Positions 25,982 through 36,631 of a DNA stretch of 64,000 nucleotides are shown here, piece after piece (within the stretch, counting starts at the first letter, position 1; the number at the start of each line of letters is the position of its first letter). Source of the stretch: a virus. Position numbers and translations under genes: made by a program. The notes under the pieces were generated by a model. That model searched no databases, was not told the origin of the DNA, and worked only from the letters and a program-made list of their open reading frames with translations. The stretch lies in IMG/VR virus record IMGVR_UViG_3300030419_007131, positions 1-64,000 of that record; one strand, written 5' to 3'.

Positions 25982-28900
25982 TTAATGTGGTCGGTAGGGA
26001 CTAATTGGTAGTTCCTCGATAACTTTCTCAACAATATTTTCGATGGGTGCGTCGCCCAGATATATCTTAATAACGGGAGCGGCTGCTTGTTGTTGCATCG
26101 CGGTCGTTGCGGCTGCCTGTGGCGTGGTCCCTGCGGCACCACCCGCGGCTCCAGGGGCTCCTGGCTGTCCTGCGGTGCCTGCGGCGCCGGGGGCGCCGGG
26201 GGGAGCAAATGTGCCGGCCGGTACCGGTTCGGGTGTGTACACTGACTTATTAAACTCAGTGAGCGCTTCAAGCTTCTTCACGTTCAATAGTAACAAGGCA
26301 GCAGAGAACTTAGCTAGGCCTCCAGCCATTTCACCAAAGGCGGCCCCAACCAACAACAGTTCCGGGGCGATCTCCGACAACACACGCATCGAAGATGACA
26401 TCTGTTCCATGCTGTTTCCGACTATTGCCAAAGCACCGCCCAAAGCATAAAGCGGCACAATCATGGCCACAATCGATGGGCCTGACATCAAGCTCGCGAG
26501 AGCAAATGCAGCGAAGCCGGCCGAAAGCACAACCAACCCCGCGCCGGCCTTCACTGCCTGGAGCGCAACAACAGTCAGCGCCGCGGCCAATTCGGCGACG
26601 ACGGCGGGAGATACCTGTCGCATGCTTGCTGCAAACAAGTCAACCGCTTTCGCACCCAAAAACAGTGCCACACTAACCAAAGTCAATGCTGCGCCCCAGC
26701 CAAAGAGAACAAAAGTAGAAGCTGCTATAATCGGCATCGCGAAAACAAGCGTCGTTGCTATTGCCGTAAAGCCCACTGCGGCTATAACCAAAGAGGCGCC
26801 CAACAATAAAAGACTAGCACTGAGAGCGGCCACGCCCATGGCAAGCTGGACCATCTTTTCGGGGGGCACCATCATGATGGCTTCCATAAAGACTGCCATC
26901 CCGGCCGCGGCAATATTAATTCCGGTGGCCATCATAATAGCTGCCACACCCATGGCAAGCAAGATAGCTGCCAAGCTAAGCAAAACAGGAGCTGTTGCTG
27001 TAGCACCTGCAGCTGCGGCGATCAAGGCCCACACTGACACAGAAAAGGCTATAACCCCAATACTGGCCGCGATTAGTTCTTCTCCACTAAGTCCCTTGAA
27101 AGATTCCACCAAGATGGACAAGCCCACAGCCGCCAGGCCGATTCCGACGCCGAGCATCAAGAAGGCGGCACCTACGGCCAAAATGCCGGGCGCTACACTA
27201 TAGCTTGCAGCGCCGATCGCAGTGATTGCAGGAACCATTGCGTACATTATGGCCACGAAGCCTCCCATTACAACTGCCAACCCTAAGACAGCGCCCACAA
27301 TTTGCCCCCCCGTTAGGTCTTGAAATGCTTCAACAAGGTGTGAAAGGCCAACCGCAGCGAGTCCGATTCCACCTCCAATCATTAAAATCGCTGCTCCAAA
27401 TGCAAGCATTTCTTTCCAGGTACCCTTGACCGCTTCACCAAGTTTTTTAATTCCCTCAGTAAACGAGTCCCATTTGCTTGTAGCATCAGGGGCGGGTGGC
27501 TCAGGTACGGGGGGTCCTCCTCCCGGGGCGCCGGGGGCACCGGGGAGAGAAGGCAACGCACTGCCCAAGCCTCCGAGCACACCCATCACCTTGCTACCTA
27601 TCGTGTAGGCAGACAACAAGCCAAGAGTTAATGCAGCGAGAGCACCGCCGAAGGTCCAGAAGCGTTTAACCCACTTGCCAACTTCCCACTCATTGCCCCC
27701 GATCTCAATAGTAAACTGTCCCACCATATTAATAAAATCAGAGAGGCCGCCGACGATCGTCGAGAAGAAGCCTATAACTGGATCCATGGCAACCACAAGA
27801 CTCATGAATGCATTTCTCAGCTTGTCCATGGTCTTCTGGGCCTCTCGCGCTGTTTCTGCTATTTTCTCTTGGTTGCGGATCTCCAGTTCTTCGGCAGCAG
27901 ATAGCTCGCCAAACATTCTACGAGCTGTATCAACATCAACGCCCAAAGCATCAGCAATTGCAAGTTGTTCGAACTTATTAAGCTCTGAATATGTTTGCCC
28001 TGCCATATCCATGGACTGCTTAAGCATGTCAATACGCTCTGCCTCTGAGGCGTTTAGCATATCAATAGAATTAAGGTAGGGGCCGCCTAATATTGCGTTT
28101 AGTTTGCCGACCTTTTTGGCTGCGCCATCAAAAGTATCAAATGCCTTGCCACTAATGTTCACTAGCTCAGTAACCGACAAACCGGTGGCCTTTGATTGTT
28201 TTTGAAGATCCTGAAAAACGGTTACCACGTCTTTGCCGTAAAATGCTAGCTGTTTAGAGACTGCATTAAAATCCTCAAATACCGCTTTAGTCGATTTTCC
28301 TAGACTTTGCGCTGTGGCGTGAAGGGTTTCGGTTAGGCCTTCCAATTGGTTCTCGTTGAACCCTAGCGATTTGGTCGCACGATCAAAAATTTGACCAGAA
28401 GTTTGAGAACTAACTCCCAACGCATCCAAAGCAACCGTTTGGGCAAGGATCGCTTCCTTTTGATCGTCGTTTAGGGTAGTAAAGTCACTATATCCATCAT
28501 ACAGCGCCCCCATTGCGGCGGCAGCTTCTTTGTGTCCGGCTCCAAATATTGCCACTTGGTCTCGGGTATTGGAAAGAATCTTTCCGTAGGAACCCAAGCC
28601 TTCTTCGTCGGCGGCGCCGGTCATACGCCGGAAAGCAGCTGCCGATTCATCGGTGGCATATGCAAGATTAAAGCTTTCGCCAATAAGTTTTCTAGCTATA
28701 TTAAAGAAGAACTGGCCGCTTGCTATCGACTCAACCGTTGCGGTCGCGAAGCCTCTCATTTCTTTGGCCGATAAGGGGACTGTGCGAGCCACCTCTTCCG
28801 CTGCGCCACCAATACTTAGAAAACTGTTAGCTAAATATTCAGCTTTGCCGGCGCCGGCTTCCATTTCCTTTGCCTGTTTTCGTAAAAGTTCGTTACCGTC

Positions 28901-29281
28901 CTTAATAGCTTGATTATTATCTTCGCGTAATTTCAGAGCCGCTTTAAGCTCGTGCCTGTTCCGGGCCCGGGCGATTTTATCTTCACCTGCCATACGGGTC
29001 TTCAATTCCTGAAGCTCTCGCTGTTGTTCAATGCTTATGCCGACAAGATTCTGCTCTTCTTCGATGTCAGCGATAGCTTGCTTCATCTCCTCGCGAGCTA
29101 TCTTGGCATTTTTGCGTACGCGATTCCAATATGACAGGTCGTCGTCGCCGTCGCCGCGAGCAGCACTAGAGGCGCGGGATTCCGTGCTGCTACGTCGAGA
29201 GCCCGAGCTGCCTTCCATGCCGGCTGCTAATTTTTCTAACTGTTGTATAAGGGCTTCAACCTGTGCGTCAGAAACCGCCAT
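25982..29281 (-). CDS. tail tape measure protein
   Basis: 1099 aa, helical and Ala-rich, long hydrophobic C-terminal half; follows the tail chaperones. Confidence 0.75.
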   Translation of the reverse strand: MAVSDAQVEALIQQLEKLAAGMEGSSGSRRSSTESRASSAARGDGDDDLSYWNRVRKNAKIAREEMKQAIADIEEEQNLVGISIEQQRELQELKTRMAGEDKIARARNRHELKAALKLREDNNQAIKDGNELLRKQAKEMEAGAGKAEYLANSFLSIGGAAEEVARTVPLSAKEMRGFATATVESIASGQFFFNIARKLIGESFNLAYATDESAAAFRRMTGAADEEGLGSYGKILSNTRDQVAIFGAGHKEAAAAMGALYDGYSDFTTLNDDQKEAILAQTVALDALGVSSQTSGQIFDRATKSLGFNENQLEGLTETLHATAQSLGKSTKAVFEDFNAVSKQLAFYGKDVVTVFQDLQKQSKATGLSVTELVNISGKAFDTFDGAAKKVGKLNAILGGPYLNSIDMLNASEAERIDMLKQSMDMAGQTYSELNKFEQLAIADALGVDVDTARRMFGELSAAEELEIRNQEKIAETAREAQKTMDKLRNAFMSLVVAMDPVIGFFSTIVGGLSDFINMVGQFTIEIGGNEWEVGKWVKRFWTFGGALAALTLGLLSAYTIGSKVMGVLGGLGSALPSLPGAPGAPGGGPPVPEPPAPDATSKWDSFTEGIKKLGEAVKGTWKEMLAFGAAILMIGGGIGLAAVGLSHLVEAFQDLTGGQIVGAVLGLAVVMGGFVAIMYAMVPAITAIGAASYSVAPGILAVGAAFLMLGVGIGLAAVGLSILVESFKGLSGEELIAASIGVIAFSVSVWALIAAAAGATATAPVLLSLAAILLAMGVAAIMMATGINIAAAGMAVFMEAIMMVPPEKMVQLAMGVAALSASLLLLGASLVIAAVGFTAIATTLVFAMPIIAASTFVLFGWGAALTLVSVALFLGAKAVDLFAASMRQVSPAVVAELAAALTVVALQAVKAGAGLVVLSAGFAAFALASLMSGPSIVAMIVPLYALGGALAIVGNSMEQMSSSMRVLSEIAPELLLVGAAFGEMAGGLAKFSAALLLLNVKKLEALTEFNKSVYTPEPVPAGTFAPPGAPGAAGTAGQPGAPGAAGGAAGTTPQAAATTAMQQQAAAPVIKIYLGDAPIENIVEKVIEELPISPYRPH

Positions 29282-29292
29282 CGCTCAACCCC

Positions 29293-29628
29293 CTAGTTTT
29301 TGAATGGCCACCTTAAGCCCGTCTCGCGCTCAAAGCCATTGACCGCCCTGGACAACTCATATTTGCTCATCATGGTGCGGCTATCGCCTAGGCCATATTT
29401 CATATATGCATCCATATAGCGCTTTTCGGTACTCAGCGCCTTCATAAAAGATTCTACTTGTGCCTGCGTGCCCTTTATTGTAGTGGGAAAGTCAAATCCC
29501 GCATGGTATAAATCAATAAGCATTCTCCTTACACTTAAGGAGAAATCTGTGTAAAGACGCTCATTAAGAAGAAGTTCTTTGTTGTTTAAATTGATTACTG
29601 TTTTCTGCATGCGGACATACCTCATCAA
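29293..29628 (-). CDS. hypothetical protein
   Basis: Between chaperone and tape measure; CTATTTA at 29629-29635; start uncertain (29628, 29625 or 29610). Confidence 0.55.
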   Translation of the reverse strand: MMRYVRMQKTVINLNNKELLLNERLYTDFSLSVRRMLIDLYHAGFDFPTTIKGTQAQVESFMKALSTEKRYMDAYMKYGLGDSRTMMSKYELSRAVNGFERETGLRWPFKN

Positions 29629-29650
29629 TAAATAGTTATATAAAGCAAAA

Positions 29651-29670
29651 GCCGCTCAAAAGCGAGCGGC
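29651..29670 (-). terminator. rho-independent terminator
   Basis: GCCGCTC/GAGCGGC stem followed by TTTTGCTTT on the minus strand. Confidence 0.65.
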
Positions 29671-29672
29671 TC

Positions 29673-29883
29673 TTATTTCCTATGTTTTGATTTAGCCGAT
29701 CTTTGGGCCGACTCCATCTCTTCCTTTTGGGTTTTGAACTCCTTGATTAGCCTCTGAACGAACCATCTTCGCAATTGAGTAGGAATATTGTAGGCCTCGA
29801 ATATAGACCAGCCGCCATGATGTTTTAAAACAAACAGCTCTTCGTAAACAGCCTCTTGATACTCAGGACTTAGGCCAAAAAAA
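29673..29883 (-). CDS. T4 gp51-like tail/baseplate chaperone segment, probably reached by frameshift
   Basis: FFGLSPEYQEAVYEELFVLKHHGGWSIFEAYNIPTQLRRWFVQRL; no ATG/GTG of its own; begins at a T7 run inside the upstream gene. Confidence 0.55.
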
Positions 29884-30726
29884 CTCTGCCGTAATCGGCA
29901 TACCCACCTTCCCCATATGATTACAGCTTTCGCATTCGAAATCAAAGTTAAGATCCAAGTCCGGAACGAGCGTGTCATACGCTGCACGGAGTTCGCGTGA
30001 AAGGCGTGTGGGACACCTCTCAACAAATCGTTTTATTTGTGATCGATCGGTAATGTCATTAACTCGAACTATGATGGCTTCCAACTGATCAGTGATATTG
30101 GTATCTGGGAGCTTCAGCTTGCGCTTTTTCTCGCGCCTAAGAGTAAGTGTCTTCTCGTCGGCTCCCGTTAAAAGCTTTACTTCAATAGCCAGACCTTCGT
30201 ATTTATCAAAAGTAAGAAGATAATTGCCATTTTCCAATACTTCAACCGCCTGAGGGGCTTCGTCTCGTGCTTTGGTCTCAAGGGCGCCCAGGTCGAGAAT
30301 GGTCTCGTTTTGTGTAGCGCACGACGGGCATGTAATCGATGTATTGTATTCGGGACCGAAGCCAGTTACACGGGCGGCGATCAAAAGAGCATTTTTATCG
30401 CCTATTAAGAGCTGTCCTGCTTTAACTTTCTTGTCGACCACAAGCGAATCGATCAATCGATCAAGAGCAACTCCTTTTTTAATTAAGGCCTCTGAGGTAA
30501 GAATGTCTTCTTCTTTGGCTGTCATGTGTCGGATCTCGACACTTTCAACTCCATGCAAAGGATGGCCTTCTCTATACAAGGCTCCCTTACTAGGAATGTC
30601 CACAAACTCTGTGGGAGTAATAAAGGAAAATATGTCGTCTGTTTGCTGTTCTGCCACAGCAGGAGGCGGAGTGGGGGCGTCTTGATGGGGAGCGCCTGTC
30701 CTCTCCGAGTTATTTCTTCGTGCCAA
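29863..30726 (-). CDS. T4 gp26-like baseplate hub / tail assembly chaperone
   Basis: IPSKG..Y, IRHMTAKEEDIL, GDKNALLIAAR..GFG, CPSC, CESC, C-terminal EFFWP. Confidence 0.75.
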   Translation of the reverse strand: MARRNNSERTGAPHQDAPTPPPAVAEQQTDDIFSFITPTEFVDIPSKGALYREGHPLHGVESVEIRHMTAKEEDILTSEALIKKGVALDRLIDSLVVDKKVKAGQLLIGDKNALLIAARVTGFGPEYNTSITCPSCATQNETILDLGALETKARDEAPQAVEVLENGNYLLTFDKYEGLAIEVKLLTGADEKTLTLRREKKRKLKLPDTNITDQLEAIIVRVNDITDRSQIKRFVERCPTRLSRELRAAYDTLVPDLDLNFDFECESCNHMGKVGMPITAEFFWPKS

Positions 30727-30752
30727 AAGTCACCTTCTTTCTAAGTTATACC

Positions 30753-31376
30753 CTATTCGCGACTTCGCTGTTCTGCCAGGTGTCGGCGAACACCGTCGGA
30801 CATGGGAGCGCCGCCCTCTTTAGGAGTATACGTAGCCCAATCATACCTGATTGTCAGCTCAATATTAAGTAATTCTTCGCCGCTATAATCTAAATCGCCG
30901 AACTTAGCATTAGTGATGAAGGGGCTGTTGAGTACCCATTCACCAATTTCTTGTCCTTGACCGTTAATCTCTGTAATCAATACAGCGCCCAATGTAGCCA
31001 GTGCAGCTTCTTTATTGGGAGTGCCAGGGCCAGGGCCCGGGCCGTTTTCTTCACCACCGCCACCGAAGAAGGCGGCCTGGTCGCCGGGATCAAAGTAGCC
31101 GGCCTCATAAAGAGCCTTATAAAGAATATCATTGCCATCAGGCTCCACGGAATTAACTAAGGTTACAGTAATAGGATCCCAAGTAACGGCGCCTGGATAA
31201 TAGTACGTATTACCAAGAAACTTGTGCTCGGTCTCGCTCAAAGTATAAGAAGGCTTTGTAACCGTCTTTGCCAGGTACCGAAGATCGCCTCCCGCTAGCG
31301 TACTCAAGTTGGGAAAATTCAATAGAAATCTATGTTGCCTGCGGGGCTCTGATGATGCTAAGTTCCAAAATGCCAT
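30753..31376 (-). CDS. tail tube protein (gp19-like)
   Basis: EPRRQHRF, KPSY, YYPGAVTWDPITVT, FGDLDYS, IELTIRYDWA; start MAFWN at 31376; CTATTTA at 31406-31412. Confidence 0.85.
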   Translation of the reverse strand: MAFWNLASSEPRRQHRFLLNFPNLSTLAGGDLRYLAKTVTKPSYTLSETEHKFLGNTYYYPGAVTWDPITVTLVNSVEPDGNDILYKALYEAGYFDPGDQAAFFGGGGEENGPGPGPGTPNKEAALATLGAVLITEINGQGQEIGEWVLNSPFITNAKFGDLDYSGEELLNIELTIRYDWATYTPKEGGAPMSDGVRRHLAEQRSRE

Positions 31377-31445
31377 TTTTACATGTCTCCTGTTAAGGTC
31401 TAGATTAAATAGTGTAAGGAGGTAAAACCTCCCCACATTTATTTA

Positions 31446-34325
31446 TTAATCGTCGAAAGATGCTCCCGTTCTTGTAATATTGAAATCGATTGCAATATAT
31501 TCGATTGCACGCGTCGGCTTCAAGAAGATCTGAGCATACATAATGTTCCGATCGATGAGATCCGGCGTCGTGGTGGTTTCATCCAGGACCACCTTAAAGT
31601 CAGAGAGACCAAAGTTAGTCTTGACAGACTGCAGCAAGGGCTCTACTTGAGCCTTGAAGCGGTCCCATGTCACCTTGACATTCGGATCGAAAAGGATTTG
31701 CGAAGCAATCTGCGAAATGCGCTTCTTCACGAAGATCATCAAGCGACGTACATTGATACGATCAAGCGCCGAAGCCGTCGTCTGAAGGGTCTTCTGACCG
31801 AAGATCACAATTCCTTCTGCAGGGAACTTCGCAATGGGGTTAATATTCGCTCCATAAAGGTCGTCGCGGTCCTTGCGGCGCAAGTGATGGGCCACATCTA
31901 CCACCGGGATGCCAGCGGCACCCTCGGTGAGGCCGCCGCGGTTGAAGCCTGCGGGGGCGAACCAGACCTGAGTCTTCTGCTGGGAGCTTGAGAATGTTCC
32001 CAAAGCCGCAACAGAGGGGGGCAGCCACACGAAGGATCCGTTCAGGGTATCTCGTGCACGCACCCATGGGTAGAAGGCGCAACCATACGAGGAGTTAAGG
32101 CCTCGGGAGCGCATTCCATTAACAGCTGCGCGAATGGTGGAAGCCCTGTTATTGCGTGCCTCGGCGAGGCCTTCGGCGCGAGGGGTGAAACCGCCCTCAA
32201 GGTCGATAATAGCCAAAGCATCGGCCCTCTCTTCGCACATGCGAATAAGATTGGTCGTAAGACCGGCTTGCTTGAGGCCAGGAATCGTAGCCAAGTTCAT
32301 TTCAGCCACCTCAGGGTCGGCGACCGAATCGATGGATCGACGAATGCTATTGAAAACATAGCTATTCTGGTCTGTTGCAGCTGAGCCCAAGTAACGAGCA
32401 CTGCTGTTGAAGGGATCCATCTCGTCAATTTCAGTTCCATCAAAGCCGCCGTACAGAGGCACAGTGAACCGATCGTAACCGGCATCGAGAACACCACTCA
32501 CCGCTCCACTAACTGCTGTAAGCGACGTTCCGGCGCGAGTTCCGCCGGAGCCGGCGTGTGATCCACTCACCCAGGCGCCAACCATGGAGCCTGAAATATC
32601 GTCAAGAGTAAACTCAACAGATGTTTCAGTCTTAAGCGTATTGCTGGCTCCGCCGAACATACTTCCAACGATGCCGCCGCGAGGACGGAGCATATCAATG
32701 GTAGAACTATCGAACACCGTGCTGCCAGCACCCTTGCTGGTCTGCAGTCCGAAGAATGCGTCAGTCTTATTGCTAAGATTGCCAGCGGAAGCGCTTGCGC
32801 GTAGCTCCGGAGCCGGGTAAAGAACCAAGAACTCGTTAGCAGCCTGATTATTGGTAGAAGCCGAGATGACAAAAATCGACCCACTAGTAGCAAGGGGACT
32901 GCCGGGGACTGCCATGCGCGTAGCATTACTGAGGGAACCGGAAATCCAGTTGCCCTGCCCGGTAGTGCCAAGCGTCTCTTCATCATCCCACTTGGTCATT
33001 CCACGGAAGCCAAAGGGCAGAAGAGCAGGGTTGGTAAGGCCCGCATTAACGTCCGAGTTCATCTCGACGCGAATGTAGGCAGAATTATTTGGCCAATCGC
33101 CTTCTTGAATATAGCGGCGCTCGGTCTCTTCCCACACGCGGCGCTGGTCGCCGACCTTGCGTGCAACATAGTTGGCCGAGTTGGGGTTAAGATCGCAGTT
33201 AGAAAACATTTCAACCACGCGAACCACATTATCGGAGTCGCTAAGGTGACGAACCACAAGAGTAAAAGTACCATAATCGCTGGAATCGGCAGAAGACCGC
33301 TGAATATCTTGGATAGATACCTTAAGGTTTCGGTTAGTCCAGTCGCCGGGCTCTTCGAGGGCTACAACCTTGAACAGATTTTGTGGAGCGTCTGCAGGGC
33401 CCAAGCGGCAGCTGATAATTTGAGGACTCTCCGCACCCTGAAGAGGGTCGGTGAAGTCACTCGCAGCAAGTGCGCTGGTACCGCCGGCCAACTTAACCAG
33501 GGCTCCATAAGTTGTACTAGACGTAATGTTCGACTTTAGATGACGATCAAAGGTCTCGCCGAGCCAGTAGTTAAGGGGGGTGGACGTCAAGCCAGAGTTA
33601 GTCAACTGAGGATTGGTGTTGAGAGACTTACGAATGTATCGTGAATCATTTTCATTAAAGTTAACAACCACAGTTGAATCCGAAGTGCCCTGATAATTGC
33701 TAAGATTAATCTTGAACTGATACTGGATGCCCGCATTGGAGCCCACCACGTAGTCAACACCCTGGACGGAGCTCGACGCGACGGTGCCTCCGCCCGTGCT
33801 GCCCGTGGTATCCACGTAAATGGCTCCGGACAACTGAGGCTCAAAGGAGCTATCGCCATATATAATAGCCGCGAGGGCGCCGGTAAGCTGTGTTCCGGTA
33901 ACGCCGGCAGGGCCACCGCCCTCAAACACGACCAGGCCCCATGCACTGGTGGAAGACCAGCCAGCAGGACCCTCTGTTCCGGTTGGACCACCGTCAGCAG
34001 TAGTCTCCGCGCCCAGGAGGCGAATATAAGTCAAAGGAGAACTGTTCTTAAGATAAGCTTGTGCGGCATACATGCCATAAGTGGGTGCCGACAAATCATT
34101 GCCAGTACGCCAGACATCATCGCCATCGCCACCAGCGGCAGGGGCGCCAAAGACGTTAACAAATTCTTCAAAAGAGTTAACAGTTATGGGCCGTAATGCT
34201 GGCCCTTTAGCGGCGCGGCCGATGACGACGGGGCCGATGCCCGCAGGGGAAGCGGGAAGTTGGGAGTTATCAATCTCATTGACAAAAACTCCGGGTGAGA
34301 CGAATCGATACTTTTTAGCTGACAT
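31446..34325 (-). CDS. contractile tail sheath protein (gp18-like)
   Basis: FVSPGVFVNEID, FYPWV, WFAPAGFNRG, INPIAKFP, FGQKTLQ, DRINVRRL, LKPTRAIEYI; CTATTTA at 34362-34368. Confidence 0.95.
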   Translation of the reverse strand: MSAKKYRFVSPGVFVNEIDNSQLPASPAGIGPVVIGRAAKGPALRPITVNSFEEFVNVFGAPAAGGDGDDVWRTGNDLSAPTYGMYAAQAYLKNSSPLTYIRLLGAETTADGGPTGTEGPAGWSSTSAWGLVVFEGGGPAGVTGTQLTGALAAIIYGDSSFEPQLSGAIYVDTTGSTGGGTVASSSVQGVDYVVGSNAGIQYQFKINLSNYQGTSDSTVVVNFNENDSRYIRKSLNTNPQLTNSGLTSTPLNYWLGETFDRHLKSNITSSTTYGALVKLAGGTSALAASDFTDPLQGAESPQIISCRLGPADAPQNLFKVVALEEPGDWTNRNLKVSIQDIQRSSADSSDYGTFTLVVRHLSDSDNVVRVVEMFSNCDLNPNSANYVARKVGDQRRVWEETERRYIQEGDWPNNSAYIRVEMNSDVNAGLTNPALLPFGFRGMTKWDDEETLGTTGQGNWISGSLSNATRMAVPGSPLATSGSIFVISASTNNQAANEFLVLYPAPELRASASAGNLSNKTDAFFGLQTSKGAGSTVFDSSTIDMLRPRGGIVGSMFGGASNTLKTETSVEFTLDDISGSMVGAWVSGSHAGSGGTRAGTSLTAVSGAVSGVLDAGYDRFTVPLYGGFDGTEIDEMDPFNSSARYLGSAATDQNSYVFNSIRRSIDSVADPEVAEMNLATIPGLKQAGLTTNLIRMCEERADALAIIDLEGGFTPRAEGLAEARNNRASTIRAAVNGMRSRGLNSSYGCAFYPWVRARDTLNGSFVWLPPSVAALGTFSSSQQKTQVWFAPAGFNRGGLTEGAAGIPVVDVAHHLRRKDRDDLYGANINPIAKFPAEGIVIFGQKTLQTTASALDRINVRRLMIFVKKRISQIASQILFDPNVKVTWDRFKAQVEPLLQSVKTNFGLSDFKVVLDETTTTPDLIDRNIMYAQIFLKPTRAIEYIAIDFNITRTGASFDD

Positions 34326-34389
34326 TTGTTATGTTCTCCTACACATTTGAAATGTTCAAAGTAAATAGTGTTAAGTAGTCGCAATGGTA

Positions 34390-35331
34390 TTATTCTCTAT
34401 AAAAACCATCCTTAATGGTACGGGGGATATCTCCAAGTACCGCCCTTTCTCTTCCAAACTTAAACTCGACGGCATTTTCGCGTCGGACAATTTTAGGTTT
34501 TTCTTGATTTTCCCCTTCTCCGATTAAATAACCCATCACTTCGATATTGATAGTGGTTTCGTAATTGCGCTGTTCCATTCCCAGCGCGGCTTTGTTGGAC
34601 CCATTGCTAAAAGATCCGTCTATAAAAACCTCAAAGGCATGACCTTCGTTAGTAATTCTACGTGGCATGCGGGAATTACCAGGCACTGTTATAAACGGCC
34701 CAATAAGTTGATTAATCTGCTGTTGATACTCGGTTCTCAATGTTATCTCATATACTACTTTTATCCAGACTGGTAGCGGCATCGTGATTGTTTCATAAAC
34801 TGTCTTGGTTGTCATCTGCCGTTTATTAACATTAAGTTCTTTAGAAGAAACCGTGGCGGGGCTCCCAAATTTTCTATTTACTTTTGCATTTTGAAACTCA
34901 GCAGTCTTTTTCTGGTTAATCTGGCGGGCTACCGTGATGGTGCCCCCTTTGGCATCGTTAACCGGGTAAATATTGGCGTAGACTGTGCCCCGAAAGTTGG
35001 GTTCTTTCGTTACACTAGCACGGTTGACCGTAATCAACGGCAAGATCAACATTTCTTCTGAATCTCTAAGATCTTTGTTGTGCTTAAGCTGGTATGCTCT
35101 TTCTGCAGAGACCCATAAAACTGGAACCTTTTTAAATCCCTTGTTTGTTCCCAAAGAAAGGTTGAGATCTTCATCGATAAACTTCAGCATGGCGCCATCG
35201 ATCGTTTCTAGCGTCGAAGGCATAAATTCTATTTCGCCTAGCTTACTTTCAACTTCCTTATCGCCAACAGCATCATACTTCTGCGCTGCGGTATCTTGAA
35301 TCTGGTCTTGGGTCCGGCGGCTTCTAGACAT
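34390..35331 (-). CDS. tail terminator / sheath stabiliser (gp15-like)
   Basis: Between neck and sheath; VPVLWVSAER...LPLITV pattern. Confidence 0.55.
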   Translation of the reverse strand: MSRSRRTQDQIQDTAAQKYDAVGDKEVESKLGEIEFMPSTLETIDGAMLKFIDEDLNLSLGTNKGFKKVPVLWVSAERAYQLKHNKDLRDSEEMLILPLITVNRASVTKEPNFRGTVYANIYPVNDAKGGTITVARQINQKKTAEFQNAKVNRKFGSPATVSSKELNVNKRQMTTKTVYETITMPLPVWIKVVYEITLRTEYQQQINQLIGPFITVPGNSRMPRRITNEGHAFEVFIDGSFSNGSNKAALGMEQRNYETTINIEVMGYLIGEGENQEKPKIVRRENAVEFKFGRERAVLGDIPRTIKDGFYRE

Positions 35332-35335
35332 TTAT

Positions 35336-36604
35336 CTACCCCACAAAAATGCCAGCAGGTATATTCGACAAAACCTTCTCTGCTGAATCTTGCATAGAGG
35401 AGTCGATGACCGCCAACTTGTCGTAAGTAGTCTCTTCGAGAATAGTTTTCAGTTCCTCTCTCAAGGCTGTCATTTCGGAAGCAGCTTGGCCCAAAAGCTC
35501 AGCAGCATTTAGATTAACACTTTCGCCCGGAATAGGAACTGTCGCAAACTTACCACGGATCTGGCCCAGCATCTCTTTGCTCAAAGCCAAAGCGAAGCGG
35601 CGGATCCATTGTTTGCCAATAGAGTTGATGTTGGGATAGGGTATATTCTGGAATGGCAGCGTATTAAGGTTGTTAATTCCCTCCACGCCTGCTTTGCCAC
35701 GACCAGTTTCGTCCCATGGCTGATTTTCTCGATCAATAGTAAACTGCACCCAGATCTTAGCTGGGCTCGTGCTATCGGGCTGCGGGAAAAGACGTAACCA
35801 ATTGTCTTTAATCTCGTAGGAATAATGAGAAATGCGAGTCCACAACGCATCTTCATACGCCATGGCTTGAAGTTTGTTTTGCCACGTAGGAACGATTTCA
35901 AAAGTGGAATCATCTGCATACTGACCATAAGTACGCATGTTGCCTACTACTGAAAACCCTCCATAATAACCATAGAACCGCCACATAGCGCGGGGTGTCT
36001 TAAAAAACACCTTTCTGATTATCACACGCTTGTCCTGTATCTTGCCATAATACGGAACTGTCGTATCATTGGCAGATGATTGAGAAAGGAGCGTTTGCAA
36101 ATCGTAATCCTGTACAGAAGCTGTGCGTTGTATAGAAGCTGAATAAATGGGGGTCAATCCGCCTAGGCCCGTGTCGGTGGCGATGGCCTCCGAAACACGA
36201 CGAACATATCCATAATCAAAACGCGGATAACGTAATTCGATGGTAGAGCCCGACAGCGCGTCGCCTGAAACAATTTGGCCGTCTTGGTCAAAAGAGGCGG
36301 TTGCAGCGCCGAGATAACTTGATAATGAGTTCTTGCTTTGATGCAGATTCACGATATAGGAATATTCTAAGACCGCTTCTTCATATGCCGAATAAACATT
36401 ACCCTCGGTTAGCTCGATATCTAATACATCTCCACCCAGCTTTTTATATGTATAAGCCACCTGATCGGCGGCACCAGACAAGAAAGCTGCTGAGCCTGCA
36501 TAGATGCCAAAGGGTAGCGTCACGGCCACATTGGTGGTGCTTCCCGTAATAGGAAGAATGTTCGTGGTGGTGGTGGACGCAGGATTTAATTTTGGAATGG
36601 CCAT
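35336..36604 (-). CDS. neck / head-tail adaptor (gp13-like)
   Basis: KLGGDVLDIEL; C-terminal WIRRFALALSKEMLGQIRGKF..IPG..VNLN; follows the MCP. Confidence 0.75.
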   Translation of the reverse strand: MAIPKLNPASTTTTNILPITGSTTNVAVTLPFGIYAGSAAFLSGAADQVAYTYKKLGGDVLDIELTEGNVYSAYEEAVLEYSYIVNLHQSKNSLSSYLGAATASFDQDGQIVSGDALSGSTIELRYPRFDYGYVRRVSEAIATDTGLGGLTPIYSASIQRTASVQDYDLQTLLSQSSANDTTVPYYGKIQDKRVIIRKVFFKTPRAMWRFYGYYGGFSVVGNMRTYGQYADDSTFEIVPTWQNKLQAMAYEDALWTRISHYSYEIKDNWLRLFPQPDSTSPAKIWVQFTIDRENQPWDETGRGKAGVEGINNLNTLPFQNIPYPNINSIGKQWIRRFALALSKEMLGQIRGKFATVPIPGESVNLNAAELLGQAASEMTALREELKTILEETTYDKLAVIDSSMQDSAEKVLSNIPAGIFVG

Positions 36605-36631
36605 TTAATATTCCTCGGAGTGGTTCTTTAC

